NCBI RefSeq assembly: GCF_006345805.1
Contig: NC_042998.1
Coordinates: 115,940,001-116,004,000 of the forward strand
Length of the DNA stretch: 64,000 bases
DNA from: Octopus sinensis
Lineage: Eukaryota
Direction of reading: 5' to 3'
A program made the position numbers and the translations under genes. The notes below the pieces were generated by a model, which saw only the letters and a list, made by a program, of their open reading frames with translations, searched no databases and had not been told where the DNA came from. This document shows, piece by piece, positions 56,840 through 64,000 of the stretch (its first letter is position 1; every line of letters starts with the position of its first letter).

Positions 56840-57805
56840 CTGTAAAACAGAAATAGGAAAAGTACTAATATAAATTATTTATTACAAACATATGTGTATA
56901 ATAAAGCAATGAATGAATGAAAGAATGAACGAGAAAGCGAAATAGGTATCGATAAAAGTGAAGGAAGAATGAAAATGTAGGCGTTTAGAAATTAATTAGA
57001 ACGAGTGTTAGAATTAAAGAAGAAAATTAGAAATAGGTTTATTAGAAGAGCGAAATAGAAATTGTTTTGAAATGAAGGTATTCAGTTGGAATTATGTTTG
57101 TTGCTAGTTACACTGGCAATGTAGCTGATATGTGTCAATATTACAAATCATCAGGGAGACAGTTTAATGAGAGGAACGAAAGCGGAAGAACATGTTTTCT
57201 TGTCACTCCTTTATTTGCAAATGATTAAACATTCGTTTTATTGTTCTGCTTTACTACAATATCTTCTTCACACAGAAATCGTTTCTGAGAAATTATTTTC
57301 GAATCATATTTGTATTAATATCTCTAATCAGTGAAATATTTGCGCACAAAATAATAACCATTACTTGCCGGTGTGTGATTATGACTGACAATTTCGAGTA
57401 GATTTTACTTCGCTGAGGAGGTCTAATGCGGTCGAAATAGGTCGCGAATTATCACCAAGGTTCCATAGACTAAACATTCCTCCCACTCATACATATCTTT
57501 TTCATTCTGTTACAAATTTCATTAATTCGTTTCTCTCACTTTCTTTCTCATTACAAGTATATTTATTATTAAATAAGTTTATTTTGAATCAGTAAGTTCA
57601 GTAAAGAAACTTAATCTTAACTACACACACACGCACACACACGCACACACACACGCACACACACGCACACACACACGCACACACACGCACACACACACAC
57701 ACATACATACACACACTCACACTATTGTATGCTGATGCAGACAAGAAAAAAATAGTACTTAGAATATGAGTATATGTATATTTTTTATGAATATTTTATG
57801 AATAT

Positions 57806-57971
57806 AGGCGCAGGAGTGGCTGTGTGGTATGTAGCTTGCTAACCAACCACATGGTTCCGGGTTCAGTCCCACTGCGTGGCATCTTGGGCAAGTGTCTACT
57901 GCTATCGCCCCGGGCCGACCAATGCCTTGTGAGTGGATTTGGTAGACGGAAACTGAAAGAAGGTTGTCGTA

Positions 57972-58036
<65 letters not shown>

Positions 58037-58232
58037 ATGTGTGTATGTGTTTGTGTGTCTGTGTTTGTCCCCCTAGCATTGCTTGACAACCGATGCTGGT
58101 GTGTTTTCGTCCCCGTCATCTAGCGGTTCGGTAAAAGAGATCGATATAATAAGTCCTGGGGTCGATTTGCTCGACTAAAGGCGGTGCTCCAGCATGGCCG
58201 CAGTCAAATGACTGAAACAAGTAAAAAAAAAA
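57806..58232 (+). mobile_element. SINE family A, full length
   Basis: aggcgcaggagtggctgtgtgg (A-box-like), gggttcagtccc (B-box-like), internal microsatellite and conserved 3' tail. Confidence 0.9.
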
Positions 58233-58395
58233 ATTATTAGCAGTAACAGCGTGACTGAAGGTCTGAGAATTACATGCGTTGGCACTTACCAAACTTAGTT
58301 TGGTAAGTGCCAACGTACGAGACTCTCAGACTTTGAGTCATTCTATTAATACTACTAAATTTTAATCGAATATATTCTTTGATTTTTTTATATTC

Positions 58396-58722
58396 TTTTA
58401 CTTGTTTCAGACATTTGACTACGGCCATGCTGGAGCACCCCCATCAAGGATTTTACTCGAACAAATCGTTCCCAGGATTTATTTTTTAAGCTTAGTATTT
58501 ATTTTCTTGGTTTATTTTGCTGAACCGCTATGTTACGGGGACATAAACATACCCACACCGGTTGTCAAGCGTTGACAGGGGACAAACACAGGCACAAAGA
58601 CACACTCACATAGGTATATATATTCACACATACAGTGAGACTGAACGAGGAACTATGTGGTAGGGAAGCTGAACCTGGAACCATGTGGTCGGGATGCAAG
58701 CTACTTACCACACAGCCACGCC
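58396..58722 (-). mobile_element. SINE family A, tail-to-tail with the 57806 copy
   Basis: ttttacttgtttcag.catttgact.cggccatgctggagcacc...ctacttaccacacagccac.cct. Confidence 0.8.
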
Positions 58723-59644
58723 TGAACACACACACACATATTACCCTACTCAGTTTTTCCTTGCCCCTTTACACGGACACGCATATCTACAATAATATAG
58801 GTGAACCTTTGTGTGCGTCTGTGTGCATGTGTAATGGTCATTTGGGCTCTAACGGAGATTTTGTAAGTAGTGAAGTACTTAGCTCAGCTGTTATAAGTTT
58901 AACAAAGAATACAATAAATAAAAAAAAGTTGAGATTTTGAAATAAATTTACATATTTCTCATCCAACGACATTAAAGTAAAATTTATTTTGCTGCCTTCC
59001 ACATAGTTCACCAAATTTGATGCCAATAATTTTTCATACATTACAATTTCTTACTAAATTCTTTGTAGGAAATTTTTAATTAATTACAATTAATTTAAAA
59101 AATTCACTTGCACATTAATTTCACATTTTCCTCCCAAGTTACTTTCCGTTACTAAATTCTATTTTTTCTACAACTAAATAAATCCATGAACACATTATCT
59201 CTTGTTCAGTTACACGTCCCGTGTATCACCACTACAAATCTCTGAGACCTTTTTCAGCCTTTCTAACGAGGAAAACATCAGATTATTTCATCATGTGCAT
59301 CTGTTTCAAAACAAATTGTATTGAGAAAGAGCCCTTTCGAATTATAACTTCCAAATTAATTATCAGAAAAAATAAATCATGCATTCGATAGGCTCGTATA
59401 AAGCAACACATATGAAACATATGGCCATCTGTAATGAGTAAATTTAATTTCAAGTACTACATATTAATCACGATAGCTAATTGTGTTTTGAGACTTTCAT
59501 GAGAGTGGCTGCAAATATGTGTATATGTACGTATGTATGTGTGTATGTATCTATGTATGAATGTGTATGTATGTATATGTGTACATATACATGTGTACAC
59601 ATGTATATGTATATACAAGCGTGCATATTCATAAATCTACATCC

Positions 59645-59707
<63 letters not shown>

Positions 59708-60042
59708 AGTCTGTCTGTCTAATACTCTGTATTTCTGTCTGACTGTTTGTATATAAAAACATGCATATGCACGTGTATATATCGGTAGCAGTGTTGCTTC
59801 ACACCCCCATACAAATGTAGTGGCTAAAATATATAGGTGTAGCAAGCCCAATGTGTTAAGCCTATGTGTGCGTGTGTATAATACATGAAGACATAATAAG
59901 TCTTCATGTATTGTAACAAGTATATTAATAGATATATTACAATTATTTCTACAAGTCTTTCACTTTCGTTAGCGAGTGAGGACGTGTGAGAGAAGACTGT
60001 TTCATTAGATTGGTGGTGGTGTTGTGTTGGCAGTGGTAGTGT

Positions 60043-60165
<123 letters not shown>

Positions 60166-60633
60166 TAGATTTAAAGATTCGAAGTGAATGTTTAATGTGG
60201 GAGTTGGATGTGTTGCATTGTGTGTATGTGTGTCTATGTGTGTGTGTATGGAAGACGATGTTGTTATGGTGGTGAGAATAAGAAGAAGGAATTTCAGATT
60301 GAAGCGTGAAGCAAGAAGTTACAAATGCCTGAAGCTACACTAAATATGGCAGTTGTGCTTAGGTGGAGAACAAGCAAAGGTATTTGGAAATACGACAAAT
60401 TATTCGGATGTTAATCGAAATATTGTCATGGAATTCATCTTGTATAAAATAGGTAAATATGATAGTTAATAGAGTGTGAGGGCTCATTCCAGAGAAAGCT
60501 GATACGTATAAATTTTTACTTGAAATAAGGAGAAGAAAGAAAGACAGAGAGAGACAGTGAGAGAGAGAAAGAGATTGAGAGAGTGATGTCAATTGCAAAG
60601 ATAGTATCAAGTAAGGCAAACGATAGTATATAT

Positions 60634-60666
<33 letters not shown>

Positions 60667-61004
60667 CATACACACACACACAAACTCACAGGTGCTCACC
60701 CTCACACACACATACACACCCACACACATTATTCTTACCTATACACGCGTTTGCGCACTCTAGTTCAGCTGCGTCAACATCATTACGTCCCTTTCACTCA
60801 GCCTGTACTTAACGTTCATTTCATCATGTTGAACTGTTAGTCTCCTACACATATTTCTCTCTCTCTCTCCCTCTCTCTCACTCTCTCTTTTGTTCTCTCT
60901 ACATCTTTCGCCCTTTCAGTCTTTCTGTCAAAGACCGTGGGATCGAGACATGAAATACAGCTGCTTTTGATTCCTTCAGCTGTCTCCGTCATGTTTTCTG
61001 TAAA

Positions 61005-61050
61005 TGTGAACTGTATATATATATATATATATATATACATATATATATAC

Positions 61051-61100
<50 letters not shown>

Positions 61101-61143
61101 GTGTATATATATTTATAAATAAGGATAATATCGGTATTTAAAT

Positions 61144-61196
<53 letters not shown>

Positions 61197-61209
61197 ATAT
61201 AATATATAT

Positions 61210-61255
<46 letters not shown>
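61005..61255. repeat. (TA)n/(TCTA)n compound microsatellite
   Basis: Direct reading. Confidence 0.9.
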
Positions 61256-61837
61256 AGTGTGTTCAAAAGTATTACTTTATATTCGTGAAATATATATAAC
61301 ATGTAGTGTCGATATGCGCGTAAGTTGAAAAGTTAAATGTCTATAAATGTGAATCTTGGACTTTATGTAAATATATAAGCTTTGCATGTGAGTGTGTGTG
61401 AGAGCGTATCTCTATATACAGCATGTACAGATGATTTGTAACTATATTTGTATTATTTCATTAGATTTCTCTCCCCATCAAATCGACATTGTGTATACGG
61501 GTTCAGATTGTGCCACACGTTGAATGTCGAAGTGATCATAGAACAATGTGAGATTAATTTTTTGGCTGACGAACAAAAGTGCGCACGCGCAAGCACACAC
61601 ACTCATGCACGCGCGCATATATATTTACATAGGTAAGTGGCTTAGTGATTAGACTAATGATTGCTGGATGGTGGTTCGGGTCTGCGAGCAGCTAGTATGC
61701 AGAGTTCTTGTGCAAGGCACTTCATTTTACGTTCCTCTAGTCCATTTGTTAACGGAGTGGCATCATTCAGATGCAAAAACATGCGAGGTGTAATGTGAAT
61801 CGCTATGTATAAAAACACCTGATAGTCTGGTCATATG

Positions 61838-61871
<34 letters not shown>

Positions 61872-61878
61872 TGTATGT

Positions 61879-63917
61879 CTCTTTTATTTTTTAATTGATA
61901 TAAATCTTCCACTGAGGTGGGAGTTGCCGGTTTCCAACAAAGATGCAAAGCTCCATCTTTCGGATCTAGTTAATACAAACAAATTCACATTTGGAACTTG
62001 AGAAAAGTCTTGCATATCCTCGCTGTTCCATTCACAGATTGGACTTGTAATGTACGAATCAGCCAGTCAATTTCTCTTTCTGAAATTCCCCCTTTATCAA
62101 GATCTTCCTTTAAGCATTTACTAACAAATCCTATGCTCCAATTATTATTAGTATGAATATGAGTTCATAGTCTGGATACAGAAGCTGGAGGTTTCGAAGC
62201 AGTTGTCCATAGATTTCCTCTTTCTCTTTGATTTTCAAAGAGAGATTTATATCTGCAGGGCAGCTAACTCACATAATGGTACATATCTTTGCCTCTCTGT
62301 CCCAAACAATAATATCCAGCCTGTTATGCTTACATTTGAAAAAAGTTTTAATGGATCTATTCCACCAGTATTCCTTGAGTTGGTGTTAATGAATGTATTC
62401 CATAGCAGGTATTTTCTAAGTTTATTTCAGTACAGTCTTATTTGCGGAGAGCCTTATAAATTGTTTTAGCAACAACATCATGCCGCATCGAGACGTAGTA
62501 CCGTGACGACATTTTAGGACAGCTGGTAATAACATGCGTAGTGTCTTCTAGAGAAACATGATATAGCCTACACATGCGGTTGCACCTTGGTATTACAAGA
62601 GCATCACTGTCTCTCCCGTTCATCAGGTACTTTGTGGTAATCTCCTATTCCTGGATTGCAAACGCATAGCCTTCAAATTGTGAAGTGATGTGGTGGTCTT
62701 CTGTCCAAGAAAGGCTGCGCTTTGTGTCAATTCTACTGTCTTCAAGCTTCAGGGAAACATACCCATGCATAGTTTTATTTTTTTGCATGCTACGTGCTTT
62801 CCATCCAGGTCTTCTCTGAGATAAGAGAGCCCACCTGTTTTGAGGCTATATAGGAGATCATCAAGAGTGTTTCTTGAGTTCACTGCAAACTCGTTCAATG
62901 TTGCTCACTTCACGTTTCAGAAATGCGTTAATATATTTATTTTTGCTGCTGTTCTTTAGCCGTTGCTGCCTGAGTGATACCATGCGGCATTCTAAGGCCG
63001 TCTGCACTGATCGCAGGACTCTACCATATACATCTTTTCTTAGGTAGTGCTTGGCAATATCACAGTCTCTGTTGTTGTTGTCAGGATTTTGCAGGTTTTG
63101 AGACTTATGGAGTGGATTTCCTCTACAGAACAATTAAGTATGCCAAATGTTGGGAGCAGCACTAGTACTGCAAATGCATTGTGGGATATTGTTTTATTGT
63201 AAGAGAAGAGTTCCAACTGCCATATTTTCATAACTCTGGTGTTATATTCTCGGGCCACTCTATCTTTATTCACAGTGCTTTCATATGATACATTTTTGAT
63301 ACATTTTCATCTATGTTTAGGTACTTGCAACATGCTTTGTGTGGAATGAGAGAGATACAGAGACCGTTGATGCACAGGTTATGGGTTTGAGGGACTGACC
63401 TATCTTCGTTCTATAACCAAAGATGAACATTTTGTTTGGCCAAATTCCATGCCTATATCAGCTGAAAATGTTATTAACTCCAGTTGTTATTTTGCATTTT
63501 TAACACTTTTAGAATAAATCTTCAGGTCGTCTACAAAGAAAATATGAGTTACATTGATATTTCTGGCACTTGAAGATCCTAGCATGTAACAATTTGTTTT
63601 CTACAGTAGGAACGATAATGGATTCAGTGCCAAAATGAAAAGAAGTACAGAAAGACTATCTCCCTGCAATATTCCCTTTGTAATGCCCTTTGTAATGTAG
63701 TTGTCCATGACTTTGTAAGTCTTTCTATAGCAACAATTAAGGTAGTAGATATCTTTTGCCAGACGTAGACACTTCAAAAACCATGGATGAGGGATAGACT
63801 CGAATGCTTTCTTATAGTCAAGCCATGCTCTCCCAAGGCTTTTGCGTTGTTTTCTTACTTCAGAAAGTACAGCTATGTTTGTTAAAAGTTGTTCGGCACA
63901 TCCCCACACATCCGTCT
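61879..63917 (-). mobile_element. 5'-truncated R4/Dong-clade (RLE-type) non-LTR retrotransposon, inactivated
   Basis: RT motifs AWLDYKKAFESIPH, GILQGDSLSVLLFILALNPLS and THIFFVDDLKIY; zinc knuckle CRL....EDTTHVITSC...RHDVVAK; downstream PD-(D/E)xK-type endonuclease remnant (DIIVWD). Many stops and frameshifts. (TATG)n on both sides. Confidence 0.9.
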
Positions 63918-64000
63918 TGTATGTATGTATGTATGTATGTATGTATGTATGTATGTATGTATGTATGTATGTATGTATGCATGTATGTATGTATGTGTGT

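Noticed and set aside
57806-57870. tRNA-like heads with A/B boxes
   Set aside because: They continue into multicopy SINE bodies and lack a full cloverleaf, so they are not called as tRNA genes.

Overview
AT-rich, microsatellite-dense animal genomic DNA. The SINE families and repeat style suggest an octopod cephalopod; this is inference, not a database result. The window holds three internal coding exons of one minus-strand non-NMDA ionotropic glutamate receptor of kainate type: 56839-56659 (M1, M1-M2 loop, M2 pore), 24587-24370 (M3 with SYTANLAAF and start of S2) and 16231-16006 (S2). They splice in frame across GT-AG introns of 32,071 and 8,138 nt. I did not find the upstream S1/ATD exons or the downstream M4 exon in the window. 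The most notable feature is the pore Q/R site, which is genomically CGG (Arg; LMRQG), the state vertebrate GluA2/GluK1/GluK2 reach only through A-to-I editing. The introns hold decayed transposons: Tc1 with D36E spacing, maT DD37D, mariner, a Helitron-type element, Penelope-like, R2-like and R4/Dong-like LINEs (two Dong copies flanked by (TATG)n), many tRNA-derived SINEs and a long-TIR MITE. Several inverted repeats could form dsRNA in the pre-mRNA. No rRNA, intact tRNA or CRISPR array was seen.
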